Shown piece by piece: positions 9,101 through 17,997 of a stretch of 64,000 bases of DNA. A program made the position numbers and the translations under genes. The notes beneath the pieces were generated by a model. That model was not told the DNA's origin, made no database searches, and worked only from the letters and a program-made list of their open reading frames with translations. Source of the stretch: an uncultured bacterium (GTDB taxonomy: Bacteria > Krumholzibacteriota > Krumholzibacteriia > Krumholzibacteriales > Krumholzibacteriaceae); NCBI GenBank assembly GCA_964422745.1, contig CAYRCK010000010.1:11136-75135 (forward strand), given 5' to 3'. Position 1 is the stretch's first letter. The number at the start of each line of letters is the position of its first letter.

Positions 9101-10281
9101 GACCTGTAAAGGCCGCCGGGCCCACGCTCCAGAATCGCGCTGAACTCGCCCCTCGACCAATCCTTCCTTATTACAGGCCTATCCCTGCCCTTCCTCCCAC
9201 CGGCATCTGATGACGATGTCATCAGGAGGGTGAGGCATACGAGAATCAGCGAAATCAACAGCGCACCGCCCGCTTGCTTCGAGCGCCTCCTAATGAACAC
9301 CGCCGCAACAAGGAGCATGGCGATTGCGAGCAGCAGTATCACCGGCGTGCTCAATAGCGGCACGAAGCTGGGCTCTATGACCTCTATGATCTGAACGCAG
9401 GTGTCGTAGACGGATCCCACGCCGTCGTCCCACGCTATTATCACAAGCGTATCGCGATCGTTGTGAGAGGCGCCGCTCGCGTCCATTACCCCGTACACCG
9501 TCTCGCACTCCGCCCCCTCCAATCCATAGACCGTGCCCGACTGGGGAAATCCTCCCCCAACCTGGCCCATACTAGTGATAACGAACGAGTAGTCCCTCGC
9601 TGGTGAAACCGCAGTGGGATTGCAGATCTCGAAGGGTATATACGCGGCCGGCTGCCCCTCGTCCACGTACGTCAGCGAATCCTGGTGGATCTCGAGCTCG
9701 GGTGGAGGCTCGACCACGTGCAGGATCAAGGTGTCACTCGAATAGTACGGGTTGCCCCCGTACCAGTTGGGATCCTCGCAGTCACCGCAGTCGGGCCTGC
9801 AGGTTACTTCTGCATCGCAGTACGTCACGACGACCACGAGCGTGTCATATGAGCCGACCTCCGCGCTCAGCAGTGCGGTCACATTGATATCCTGCCACCA
9901 GAGATACCCCGGATCGATCAGGTAACAGTCATCCAGATACGGATCGCCCGTAACGGTATAATCGCCGGCGTCCGAATCCGCCATGTAGGCGTGTACACAG
10001 AACGTGTCTGTGTCCGGACACGGCCAAGAGACGAATCCGAAGTTACACGGTCCGACCGTCCAGCTGAGGGCCTGTCCCACAGGGATATCGTGATAATCCT
10101 CACCGAAATCCACGTACAGCCCGGGATCCCCCTCCTTGCTGCAGCCTGCCTGCGCGAGTACCGGAACCGAGAACAACGTAAGGACCAGAACTGAAAAAAC
10201 AAGAAAGGTAAGCGGAAGTACGATCGAGCACCGTTTCATGACAACCCCCGGGGATCGAGAATGAGCAGCCGACCTATTCAT
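6136..10281 (-). CDS. 1381-aa exported multidomain protein with internal sorting/TM segments and a C-terminal FlgD-Ig/T9SS-type tail
   Basis: Signal peptide after MKRC (alternative start 10239). Internal VPLLSTPVILLLAIAMLLVAAVFIRRR plus a second hydrophobic stretch. C-terminus QNYPNPFNPATTI…SGIYFYRM…KMILMR. Confidence 0.85.
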   Translation of the reverse strand: MNRSAAHSRSPGVVMKRCSIVLPLTFLVFSVLVLTLFSVPVLAQAGCSKEGDPGLYVDFGEDYHDIPVGQALSWTVGPCNFGFVSWPCPDTDTFCVHAYMADSDAGDYTVTGDPYLDDCYLIDPGYLWWQDINVTALLSAEVGSYDTLVVVVTYCDAEVTCRPDCGDCEDPNWYGGNPYYSSDTLILHVVEPPPELEIHQDSLTYVDEGQPAAYIPFEICNPTAVSPARDYSFVITSMGQVGGGFPQSGTVYGLEGAECETVYGVMDASGASHNDRDTLVIIAWDDGVGSVYDTCVQIIEVIEPSFVPLLSTPVILLLAIAMLLVAAVFIRRRSKQAGGALLISLILVCLTLLMTSSSDAGGRKGRDRPVIRKDWSRGEFSAILERGPGGLYRSASVDTYVIVRFDFEYNDWQGWTRVDNTAQLDTFFHVDDFAGLGGGDFGRLYPLEGTQSAWCGARPEDEITCGWSTPPGYGSYWDQWLVSDPFYFNGLLNLVYKMRIDTEEDWDEVHVEYDAGGLDWRNIAVYDGTDDIIGNHVLALPQYRTKFRVRFTSPSTWNDEDGLYNTDGACIVDSIWISDETGTIDYEDFESASVGALEADGDLNTLYWRADVPEPYGMYSDIWENLYQETDPCNDNLSRQIVFFAGSPHASTEYEGLYETPYCKDGADIGCFGQEEMVVSPPIDMTMYSSGRDEIQDLMIAPSAFEDLGGSFLRFSVYRDLPVINLVFYYWKVRDIDDGCPCHWRDNNFVYYGDFKEYLFFEQDISPYWGGGGIDSIQVALGVIDMCPTWYGVYGYCAAHTPSPWFDNVEIVRYEATGPLWTYRDLDLFQDNFPEEEFGLDSYVRADMARDIRPSSDPIIDPGDSIVVSCESPMGRGIAEDAFGPLVYMHVKCTYIGAEPAPTPINCWDLEGDYGHIVACDEVACEAIIQCDTARAGTSGVVPGKYMVDLNDSLLTRGHIIEYYFSAQDRDGNVTTLPRGGSGPGAGYLLSQGPDEWFEFTCLPTFTSDVLFVDDFSGRGSIGGVVEDYWTPTLEAVLSVQPDRYDVNGASSCVSNGLGGRAKCYHLTTAYSTIIWDSGDLDVCTICDGTTHSDKGNDCLALVAWMDFSPHDVGLWVCGDNIARDLDASLAACPTQLTSTMCGVCYVHGSYFDMTGGRYTGGVMNPLVEACEDVYNPLWHTTWGDSFYVLSGCPYVEDLDCLEKTGSGDYALAYPDHEALPYYAGIYSTGINDGGYEIRTMWFGFSLMLMKDAELSSPIMRNIVAKDVLGWMDGDTNSVVTGDEETPPVYRYGLAQNYPNPFNPATTIRFGMKERGHVTLKVYDVTGRLVKTLVNGVREAGPHRVTWRGENNSGSDVASGIYFYRMRAGDFTGTRKMILMR

Positions 10282-10315
10282 ATTTTGACTATTTTAATTC
10301 TGTTAGTCGAAGACG

Positions 10316-10344
10316 ATTATAGCAGGCAATTACAATAATGTCAA
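10316..10344 (-). promoter_or_regulatory. Consensus sigma70 promoter for the 1381-aa gene
   Basis: Minus strand TTGACA-17 nt-TATAAT, with TG-N extended -10. Confidence 0.85.
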
Positions 10345-10591
10345 TGGTTTGTCAAATATGTGCGCCATGAATAAATTGGTTTCTTAATATTTAAAAAAAT
10401 ATCGTATAAAGATCGATCGCCATCGAGGTTCCATTAATCGAGGGAAATGGGGAAGGTACATCTTCATGCCTCCTCCACTATATAAGAAAGGATTTAACTG
10501 CCCCGGTCTTGGTTCCAAACAGGCCTTGGTCCCTAGATTTCCACGGCTCCCCGACGAACCGGCCCGGACCCAAAGGAATATGTGGGCAGCC

Positions 10592-12364
10592 TCACGCCGT
10601 CTCTATCCCCGCGTCCTCCTCGAGCCCGAGCTCCTCGATCGAGATCGCGCGCATCTTGTACTTCTGTATCTTCCCCGTAACCGTCATCGGGAACTCGGTC
10701 ACGAACTTCACGTAGCGCGGGATCTTGTAGTGGGCGATCTTCCCCCTGCAGAACTCCTTTATCTCCTCCTCGCCGGACGCCTCCCCCTCCTTGAGCTGTA
10801 TCCACACGCACAGCTCCTCGCCGTACTTCCTGTCCGGCACGCCGATCACCTGCGCGTCGCGGACCTTTGGATTGGTGTAGAGGAACTCCTCGATCTCTCG
10901 CGGGTATATGTTCTCCCCCCCGCGAATGATCATGTCCTTTATGCGGCCGGTTATCTTGAAGGCGCCGTCCGGGCGCATGAGGGCTATATCTCCCGTATGG
11001 ATCCATCCGGCCTCGTCGATCGACTCCTCGGTGGCCCTGGGGTTGTTGTAGTAGCCGCGCATCACCTGGTACCCCCTGCAGCATAGCTCCCCCTGCTCTC
11101 CCACCGGGACGATCCGTCCGGTCTCGGGATTTACTATCTTCACCTCGGTGTGGGGAATGGGCGGTCCGACCGTCGACGTCCTGTTCTCGAGCGTCTCGTG
11201 ATGCGGCGTCTGCGTGATCACCGGGGATGTCTCCGTCTGCCCGTAGGCTATCGTCACCTCTTTCATGTTCATCTCGTTGTTGACCCTGGTCATGACCTCG
11301 ACCGGGCACGGGGCCCCGGCCATGATTCCCGTGCGCAGCGTGCCTAGATCGAACTTCGAGAACTCCGGGTGCGTGAGCTCCGCTATGAACATCGTGGGCA
11401 CCCCGTGAAGCGCGGTGCAGCGCTCGGCCTCCACGGCCTCCAGGACCGACAGTGGATCGAAGTGCTCCGCCGGTATGACCATAGCCGAGCCGTGTGTCAC
11501 GCACGCGAGGTTCGAGAGCACCATCCCGAAGCAGTGGTAGAAGGGCACCGGTATGCATAGGCGGTCCTCCTCGGTGAGCTTCATCGCCTCCCCTACGAAG
11601 AAGCCGTTGTTCAGTATATTGTGGTGCGTCAGGCTCGCCCCCTTTGGCATGCCGGTGGTCCCGGATGTATACTGCACGTTTATGACCTCGTCGAAATCGC
11701 ATTCCGAGCCTCTCGCATCGAGCTCCTCGTCGGAGACGCCCCCGCCGAGCGCCATGAACTCGTCCCACGAGAACATCCCCGGCTCCTTCCCCCCGCCGAT
11801 CAGTACGATGTTCTTGAGAAGGGGCAGGCTCTTCGATTCGAGCTTCCCGGGCTCCGCCGTGCGCGCCTCCGGGACGACCTGGTGGACCATGTCCACGTAG
11901 TTCGAGGATTTGAACTCCGGCACGAGTATCAGTGTCTGGGTCTCCGAGTTCTTCAGTCCGTACTCGAGCTCGTGCGTCCTGTATGCGGGATTTACGGTCA
12001 CGAGTATCGCGCCGATGAGCGCCGTCGAGAACTGCGCTATGACCCATTCCGGATGGTTGGTAGCCCACACGGCTACCCTGTCCCCCCTGCCCACGCCGAG
12101 CGCCATGAAGCTCTTCGCCGCCCTGCGGCAGATATCGTGGAACTCGCTGTAGGTGTACCTCTCGCCGCCGGGCACGTTGACCAGCGCCTCGTTATCCGGG
12201 TACGCCAGCGCGATCCGCTCGAGCATCTGCCCTATCGTCTCACCTATGAGCGGGCTGCCGGAGCCCATGTAGGCGTAGCTCATTCCCCTTCCGATCTCGA
12301 GCTTCGATCCGGCACCGCCGGCCTCAGCGCCGCCATCTCTCTTCTTACCGCTCTTGGCACACAT
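10592..12364 (-). CDS. AMP-dependent acyl-CoA synthetase (fatty-acyl-CoA ligase type)
   Basis: YTSGTTGMPKG, YGQTE, TGD, GRIKDMIIRGGENIYP, TVTGKIQK. An alternative start at 12283 is possible. Confidence 0.92.
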   Translation of the reverse strand: MCAKSGKKRDGGAEAGGAGSKLEIGRGMSYAYMGSGSPLIGETIGQMLERIALAYPDNEALVNVPGGERYTYSEFHDICRRAAKSFMALGVGRGDRVAVWATNHPEWVIAQFSTALIGAILVTVNPAYRTHELEYGLKNSETQTLILVPEFKSSNYVDMVHQVVPEARTAEPGKLESKSLPLLKNIVLIGGGKEPGMFSWDEFMALGGGVSDEELDARGSECDFDEVINVQYTSGTTGMPKGASLTHHNILNNGFFVGEAMKLTEEDRLCIPVPFYHCFGMVLSNLACVTHGSAMVIPAEHFDPLSVLEAVEAERCTALHGVPTMFIAELTHPEFSKFDLGTLRTGIMAGAPCPVEVMTRVNNEMNMKEVTIAYGQTETSPVITQTPHHETLENRTSTVGPPIPHTEVKIVNPETGRIVPVGEQGELCCRGYQVMRGYYNNPRATEESIDEAGWIHTGDIALMRPDGAFKITGRIKDMIIRGGENIYPREIEEFLYTNPKVRDAQVIGVPDRKYGEELCVWIQLKEGEASGEEEIKEFCRGKIAHYKIPRYVKFVTEFPMTVTGKIQKYKMRAISIEELGLEEDAGIETA

Positions 12365-14035
12365 CTATTTCTTTCCCTCCTTGCTCCATTCCATCTTCTT
12401 CAGCTCGCCGCGCCTTATCTTGCCGCTCACAGTCTTCGGAAGATCCTTCACGTACTCTATCGCCCGCGGGTACTTGTATGGAGCTGTGACCGTCTTGACA
12501 TGATCCTGAAGCTCCTTGGTCAGCTTCTCGCTGGGCCTGAAATCCTCGGCTAGAATGACGAAGGCCTTTACTATCTCACCCCTGACCTCGTCGGGCGAGG
12601 CGACGACGGCGGCCTCGACCACCGCCGGGTGCTCGACGAGCGCGCTCTCCACCTCGAAGGGCCCTATGCGGTACCCCGCCGACAGGATCACGTCGTCGGC
12701 GCGCCCGACGAACCAGAAGTAACCGTCCTCGTCCCTGTAGGCCTTGTCACCCGTATAGTAATAATCGCCCTGGAAGACACCCGCCGTCTCCTCCGGCTTC
12801 TTCCAGTACTCCTTGAACAGGCCCACAGGCCGCTCCGGCTTGACCTTCACCGCCACGTACCCCTCCTCACCTACCGGTGCCTCCTTGCCCTCGTCGTCGA
12901 GAACCCGTACGTCGAATCCCGGTGTAGGCAGGCCCATCGATCCTATCTTGATCGGCTTGCACCGGAAGCTCGCACAGAGGTTCACCGTCTCGGTCTGGCC
13001 GTACCCGTCGTAGATCTTTAGCCCCGTCGCATTCTCCCATATGTTTATGATCTCAGGATTCAGCGGCTCGCCGGCACTCATGCAGTGGCGCAGCGACGAA
13101 AGGTCGTACTCCCCGAGCGGAAGCTGGGCGAACATCCGGTAAGCGGTCGGCGGGGCGCAGAACGTCGTTATCCCCTGGTTCTGTATCATCCTGAGCGTCA
13201 GTTTCGCGTCGAATTTCCCCCTCGAGCTGTGGTTGTATACGGCCGCTCCTGCGGTCCACTGCCCGAAGAGGCTCCCCCACGCGGCCTTCGCCCAGCCCGT
13301 ATCGGTCACGGTCCAGTGCAGATCGGTGGGCTTCAGGTCCTGCCAGAAGGTGGCGGTTATCCTGTGCCCGATGGCATACGAGGCCTGGGTGTGAAGAACC
13401 ATCTTGGGGTAGGAGACCGTGCCCGATGTGAAGTACAGCAGCATCGTGTCGTCGCTGTGCGTCTTCTCCACACCCTCTAGAACCGGTGAGGCCTTGTCCA
13501 TGACGCCGTTCCAGTCGAGCCAACCGAGCCTGCGGCCGGTGGCTAGGATGCATACCCGCAGCGACTTGCACCTGTCGAGCACCTCCTCGACCTTCGATGC
13601 GTCCTGGATATCGGTCACCACGCCGACCGCGCCCGATTCGTCCAGCCTGTAGCGTATATCCTTCGGCGTGAGCAGCGTCGTCGATGGTATGGGGATCACA
13701 CCGAGCTTTATCATCCCTATCATCGCAATGTACCACTGCGGCATCCAGTGCAGCATGAGCATCACCCGGTCGCCCTTCTTCAATCCCTGCTCCCGCAAAG
13801 CGTTGGCGAACTTGTTGGAGAGCCTGCTCACCTCGTAGAATGTTCGTTTCTTTATTATCTCGCCGTCCTCGTCGGCGATCATGAGCGCCAGCTTCGTCCT
13901 GTCCTCGGCCCACTTGTCCACAACATCGAATCCGAAGTTGAAGTACTCGGGAACCTCGAGCTCGAATTCCTCGCGCGTCTTCTCGTAGTCGGTCATGTTC
14001 GCAGGCTGGGCCCCACCGGTAACATTCATGATCAC
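12365..14035 (-). CDS. Short/medium-chain acyl-CoA synthetase (ACSM-like)
   Basis: YFTSGTVSYPK, SAGEPL, YGQTET, TGD, GYRIGPFEVES, PKTVSGKIRR. Confidence 0.92.
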   Translation of the reverse strand: MIMNVTGGAQPANMTDYEKTREEFELEVPEYFNFGFDVVDKWAEDRTKLALMIADEDGEIIKKRTFYEVSRLSNKFANALREQGLKKGDRVMLMLHWMPQWYIAMIGMIKLGVIPIPSTTLLTPKDIRYRLDESGAVGVVTDIQDASKVEEVLDRCKSLRVCILATGRRLGWLDWNGVMDKASPVLEGVEKTHSDDTMLLYFTSGTVSYPKMVLHTQASYAIGHRITATFWQDLKPTDLHWTVTDTGWAKAAWGSLFGQWTAGAAVYNHSSRGKFDAKLTLRMIQNQGITTFCAPPTAYRMFAQLPLGEYDLSSLRHCMSAGEPLNPEIINIWENATGLKIYDGYGQTETVNLCASFRCKPIKIGSMGLPTPGFDVRVLDDEGKEAPVGEEGYVAVKVKPERPVGLFKEYWKKPEETAGVFQGDYYYTGDKAYRDEDGYFWFVGRADDVILSAGYRIGPFEVESALVEHPAVVEAAVVASPDEVRGEIVKAFVILAEDFRPSEKLTKELQDHVKTVTAPYKYPRAIEYVKDLPKTVSGKIRRGELKKMEWSKEGKK

Positions 14036-14219
14036 AGCTCCTTACTATAAAATCGAGACTATCGCAGCATCCTTTCTCATATTATCAAAGGCAGATTAAT
14101 GCATGGAAAATAATCGTCTCTCACGCCCCGGGCAAGCCTATTCTCCCCTTTCGGCACGAGCAGAAGTAGAATGTTTAACGAGCAGATGGAGAGTGCTCTA
14201 TAACGGTCCCATTCCGCCA

Positions 14220-14558
14220 TCACTCCTCCCGGGATGTCGCTTCTCCGATCCATTCGAGGTAGCCCCGCAATCCCGACTCCACGGGCACCATCAGGATCTC
14301 CGGCGTTTCGTATGAGTGCATCGAGAGGATGAACGATTCCAGATCTTCGTACAGGGCGCTACGTGTCTTTATGAGAAGCAGGACTTCGTCGCCGGTATCA
14401 AGCTCGCCCTTCCAGCTGTAGTAGCTCTTGATCGGTGAAAGCTGCACACACGCAGCCAGCTTTTCCTTCACAACGGCACGCGCGAGCTCTCCGGCCTCCT
14501 CCTCGCTCCCGACGGTCGTGAGCACTATACAGAACCCTCTATTATCGGACATGCTCAC
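14220..14558 (-). CDS. cutA: Divalent-cation tolerance protein CutA
   Basis: LAACVQL..SYYSWKG..E..LLIKT..HSYETPEI. Confidence 0.92.
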   Translation of the reverse strand: MSMSDNRGFCIVLTTVGSEEEAGELARAVVKEKLAACVQLSPIKSYYSWKGELDTGDEVLLLIKTRSALYEDLESFILSMHSYETPEILMVPVESGLRGYLEWIGEATSREE

Positions 14559-14576
14559 CTCGCTGCCATACTCCGG

Positions 14577-14798
14577 TCAAACGATCCGGCGTATGAGGCT
14601 AACAAAGAGTGTCAGAGCAAATGACACAAGCAGCATCGATGTTATCGGAAGAGAGAACCTAGTATTACCGTTCTCGATCCTGATATCGCCGGGAAGCCTG
14701 CCGAACCACGAGAGCGCGCCGGCCCACATGAGCAGGCCCACGATGATGATAGCAACTCCAACGGCTATCACTATCAGACCAAGTGGGCGGGTTATCAT
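14577..14798 (-). CDS. DUF2905-like small membrane protein
   Basis: Two hydrophobic helices flanking GRLPGDIRIE…FSLPITS. Confidence 0.85.
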   Translation of the reverse strand: MITRPLGLIVIAVGVAIIIVGLLMWAGALSWFGRLPGDIRIENGNTRFSLPITSMLLVSFALTLFVSLIRRIV

Positions 14799-15022
14799 CG
14801 GCGTCCTCCCCTCGAGAATGCCATCACACGCGGCTGTTCATAGGTTAGCAGAATCCGCCCGCCCGGTTCCAGGAAAGTATTTTCTCCCGTTCCGTATGCC
14901 AGCACCCGGAGAAATTCATCGCAAGCGGGCCGATCATGGCGTATCCTCTGCAGGAACAACGCGTCCGGTTTACAGCCCGGCGCGTCAAGGCACCGAATTC
15001 CGGATTTGAAGGAGGAAGATAA

Positions 15023-15502
15023 TTGAAGATCGAATTCCGCGACATCGGTATCATCAGGACTCCACACAAGGAGACGCGGGGCATGCCTATCCAGCCGGCG
15101 GGCGCAGGGGGTATCCGGGGAACCGTCGAGATTTTCCCCCAGTTCGAGGAGGGGGTGAAGGACCTGGAAGGATTCTCCCATATCGTGCTGCTATACAACT
15201 TCCACAAAGCCGGGGAAGCGAGGCTGACGGTAACCCCCTTCCTGGATACGAAGCCCCGCGGGGTCTTCGCCACGAGAGCTCCCAGCAGGCCCAATCCGAT
15301 AGGTCTCTCCGTCGTGGCGCTGAGGAGTGTCGAGGGAAACGTCCTACACATAGAGAATGTCGATATCCTCGACGGCACCCCCCTCCTCGACATCAAGCCG
15401 TATATCCCCGATTTCGACGGCGATGACGTTATACGTACAGGCTGGTATGAGAAGCACAGGGGAAAGGTCGAAAAATGGAGGTCCGACAAGCGGTTCGAGT
15501 GA
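15023..15502 (+). CDS. trmO: tRNA t6A37-N6-methyltransferase TrmO (TsaA family)
   Basis: GVFATRAPSRPNPIGLS, DILDGTPLLDIKPY; GAAGGAGG RBS before a TTG start. Confidence 0.9.
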   Translation: MKIEFRDIGIIRTPHKETRGMPIQPAGAGGIRGTVEIFPQFEEGVKDLEGFSHIVLLYNFHKAGEARLTVTPFLDTKPRGVFATRAPSRPNPIGLSVVALRSVEGNVLHIENVDILDGTPLLDIKPYIPDFDGDDVIRTGWYEKHRGKVEKWRSDKRFE

Positions 15503-16225
15503 TCAACGAGCCAGTATCTCACAGAAGACGGATGATCCGTCGACCTCGGTGATCACGCTATCGAGTCCGAGCTCCTTCGAAATAGAGCGGAACTCCCCCG
15601 GCCCGACGGTTTCGGCCCTGAATCCGTCCCGGCACACGATGACACCGTTACCGGTCTCATCGTGATCTATCTCGCCTATCAGCCCATGTCGTGATTGTAT
15701 CTCGAACCACTCGAGCCGATGTTCCCAGAAACCGCAGGAATAGCTGGAGAACAGCACCCTGCCGCCGGGAGCGGCAACACGAACAGCCTCCTCCACCAGC
15801 CTCTTCCTGTCGGCCCTGAAGGCTGAGATGCCGTTCTGGACGCAAGCGACGATATCGAAGCATCCTCCGCTGAATCCGAGGTCGGCCGCATCCATCAGGC
15901 ACAGCATCAGATCCCCGGTGCCCCCCAGATACTCACGTGCCATCTTCAAGCTGTCCCATGAGTTATCGATGCCGGCGGCATGCCCGGCCTTTGCCGCGAG
16001 CCTGCCCAGAACCCTCCCGTACCCGCACCCTAGCTCGAGGACCAGCCCCCCGGGAGGGATCTTATCGAGAACAAAATCGATCTCCGCCTCGAGGTAACTA
16101 CTGATCGCGGGCGTCGCCAGGTCATAGCAGAGCCTCAGACGCCCGGCCGAAAGCTTATCCGCGTAATAGCCGCACATATGATGAGAGAGGATACGCCTGT
16201 GCGCCCGAACAGGCCCGAGCTTCAC
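15503..16225 (-). CDS. Class I SAM-dependent methyltransferase
   Basis: VLELGCGYGR motif I; GIDNS; MDA; FD. True start may be further downstream. Confidence 0.85.
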   Translation of the reverse strand: MKLGPVRAHRRILSHHMCGYYADKLSAGRLRLCYDLATPAISSYLEAEIDFVLDKIPPGGLVLELGCGYGRVLGRLAAKAGHAAGIDNSWDSLKMAREYLGGTGDLMLCLMDAADLGFSGGCFDIVACVQNGISAFRADRKRLVEEAVRVAAPGGRVLFSSYSCGFWEHRLEWFEIQSRHGLIGEIDHDETGNGVIVCRDGFRAETVGPGEFRSISKELGLDSVITEVDGSSVFCEILAR

Positions 16226-16276
16226 CCGAACCGAGGTTCCGCACGCACGGCCGATCGATAAACAACCGGATCGGAT

Positions 16277-16759
16277 TTAGAAAATATACCTCGCCCCCAG
16301 GCCGCCGTTCAGATCACTTTCGGTTTCCGGAACGAAATCGACTATCGGAGCGATCTCGAGAAAGACCGCTATGGGAAAATCCTCGAAAACGTACTCCACC
16401 CCTACCGGTATCCTTATGCCGACCCTCGTATCATCCTCCTCCACCCTCACACGCCCTCCTACACCGAAGTATATCGGGAACATGCCCGTATCGACATCGA
16501 AAAAGTAGAAATTATGGAATAGGTAGCTCACATGGACCTGGAACCTGGAATCCTCCTCGAATGACCATGCGGCCCCGAAATCAACAGCCTCGTCCGTGGC
16601 CGTCCACAGCTTCGCGCTCAGGCCTGTCGGCTCTCCTATCATCGCACCCACCTCCCAGCTGCCCGGATCGAAAGCCATGACCTGGCATAAGGCAGGTGAA
16701 ACGCACATCGGGATTAGGACGAATACGATAAGAGCAGAGCTCGATCTTATGATTGTCAT
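16277..16759 (-). CDS. Small outer-membrane beta-barrel protein (DUF3996-like)
   Basis: True start is ATG 16759 (ATGA overlap with the upstream stop). Signal peptide, G..IGEPTGLSAK, alternating strands, C-terminal ARYIF. Confidence 0.8.
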   Translation of the reverse strand: MTIIRSSSALIVFVLIPMCVSPALCQVMAFDPGSWEVGAMIGEPTGLSAKLWTATDEAVDFGAAWSFEEDSRFQVHVSYLFHNFYFFDVDTGMFPIYFGVGGRVRVEEDDTRVGIRIPVGVEYVFEDFPIAVFLEIAPIVDFVPETESDLNGGLGARYIF

Positions 16760-17295
16760 GACCGCCTCCGTGCCGGTTTGAGAACGAATCTGTAACTGGG
16801 AGTCAACAGAAGAGCCCCTGACATAATCAGGAGGAATGTATTCTCTATCAATTTCTTCCAGGCATACGTCGGCCCGAAACCGCAACCGCAATCGAAGTAT
16901 ACCTCGAAGAGGTTCATGCCTTCCCTTCCAACCAGCATGGACGTGCGGTACGCGACAACGGCCAGGAACACTACGTTCAGCACAAACAGGATGAAAGCGG
17001 AGCCGCGTAGAAATACGCCGCTCAGGAGTGAAAGGCCGCACACGAGCTCTATCCATGGAAGCGCAATCGCCATGATATAGAGTAACGGCCCATAACCGAT
17101 AACCTCGTACATCTCGATCTCGTCCGCAAAGACGAGCGGTTTTCCGATCTTTTGAAACGCCGCGTATATGAAAACCACTGCGAGAACCAGCCTGAGCGCC
17201 AGGATCACGTAGTCGTTGAATATCCACCGAACGGACCTCCGCCCCGACCCTTCCTCCCGGCCGCCGTTCGTGAGCAGATACTCCGTCATGTTCAT
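16756..17295 (-). CDS. DoxX/MauE-family membrane protein
   Basis: LRLVLAVVFIYAA..KI, ALPWIELVCG, DCGCGFG; four TM segments. Confidence 0.85.
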   Translation of the reverse strand: MNMTEYLLTNGGREEGSGRRSVRWIFNDYVILALRLVLAVVFIYAAFQKIGKPLVFADEIEMYEVIGYGPLLYIMAIALPWIELVCGLSLLSGVFLRGSAFILFVLNVVFLAVVAYRTSMLVGREGMNLFEVYFDCGCGFGPTYAWKKLIENTFLLIMSGALLLTPSYRFVLKPARRRS

Positions 17296-17310
17296 CCAGA
17301 TCCCCCCCGC

Positions 17311-17859
17311 TTACAAACTCGATCTCGGCCCCGTCTCGACCGGTCGCCCCGCCTCTATCCACCCCTCCATGCCTCCGGTGTAAACGGCCACCTGTTTGAA
17401 TCCCAGAATAAAGAGCTCCCGCGCAAGCATCTCAGAATCCTCGCAGTCCGGTCCGGTACAGTATACGATTATTTCATCCTCCGGAGACAGAATGGGAAGC
17501 ACCTCATCCATATATCGGCCCATCTCGTAGTAATCCAGAAGGATGGCACCGGGGATATGCCCTTCCTCGTATTCTTCCGCCGTCCGGGCATCGATGACGA
17601 AACCGCCCGCATCGGAAAGCTCCTGGACCTTCTCGATACCCACGATCGTGATGCCCTCTTCATCGGCGCCGACGGTTTCGCCGCTCAGCAACGCCACATC
17701 ATTCAGCTTTCTGAACGGATCGATCCCGTTGATGGATATGCCGTTAAACGTAAAGGCAGCCGCTGCTCCTATCAAGACGATCGCTACGGCCTGCGGTATT
17801 ATATATCTCATCATCTTCATAGATGAGAATATAACCACGAACGCTGGAAAAAGCAACAT
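17311..17859 (-). CDS. Membrane-anchored rhodanese-domain protein
   Basis: IDARTAEEYEEGHIPGA, VVYCTGPDCEDS, YTGGMEGW; N-terminal TM. Confidence 0.88.
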   Translation of the reverse strand: MLLFPAFVVIFSSMKMMRYIIPQAVAIVLIGAAAAFTFNGISINGIDPFRKLNDVALLSGETVGADEEGITIVGIEKVQELSDAGGFVIDARTAEEYEEGHIPGAILLDYYEMGRYMDEVLPILSPEDEIIVYCTGPDCEDSEMLARELFILGFKQVAVYTGGMEGWIEAGRPVETGPRSSL

Positions 17860-17914
17860 GCCCTAACTCCAAAGACGCTGATTTCAAACACAATACAATC
17901 CGGCGAAACGGGAA

Positions 17915-17943
17915 TTGACAGTGCGTGTGCACCTGTTTAGACT
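17915..17943 (+). promoter_or_regulatory. Sigma70-type promoter for nth
   Basis: TTGACA-17 nt-TAGACT. Confidence 0.65.
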
Positions 17944-17997
17944 ACCGGATCAGGTGAAAAACCGAAAATATCTCCAGGTGGATGCGGTGGCCGTCGT

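Noticed and set aside
10533-12553. Long ORFs 10533..12068 (-) and 11621..12553 (+)
   Set aside because: Off-frame or antisense shadows of the acyl-CoA ligase; Arg/Gly/Pro-rich with no motifs, typical of high-GC3 DNA.
14845-15522. 225-aa minus-strand ORF over trmO
   Set aside because: Antisense shadow of a motif-supported gene.
16760-17362. N-terminal 200 aa of ORF 16277..17362
   Set aside because: Off-frame overlap with the DoxX gene; the real barrel gene starts at ATG 16759.
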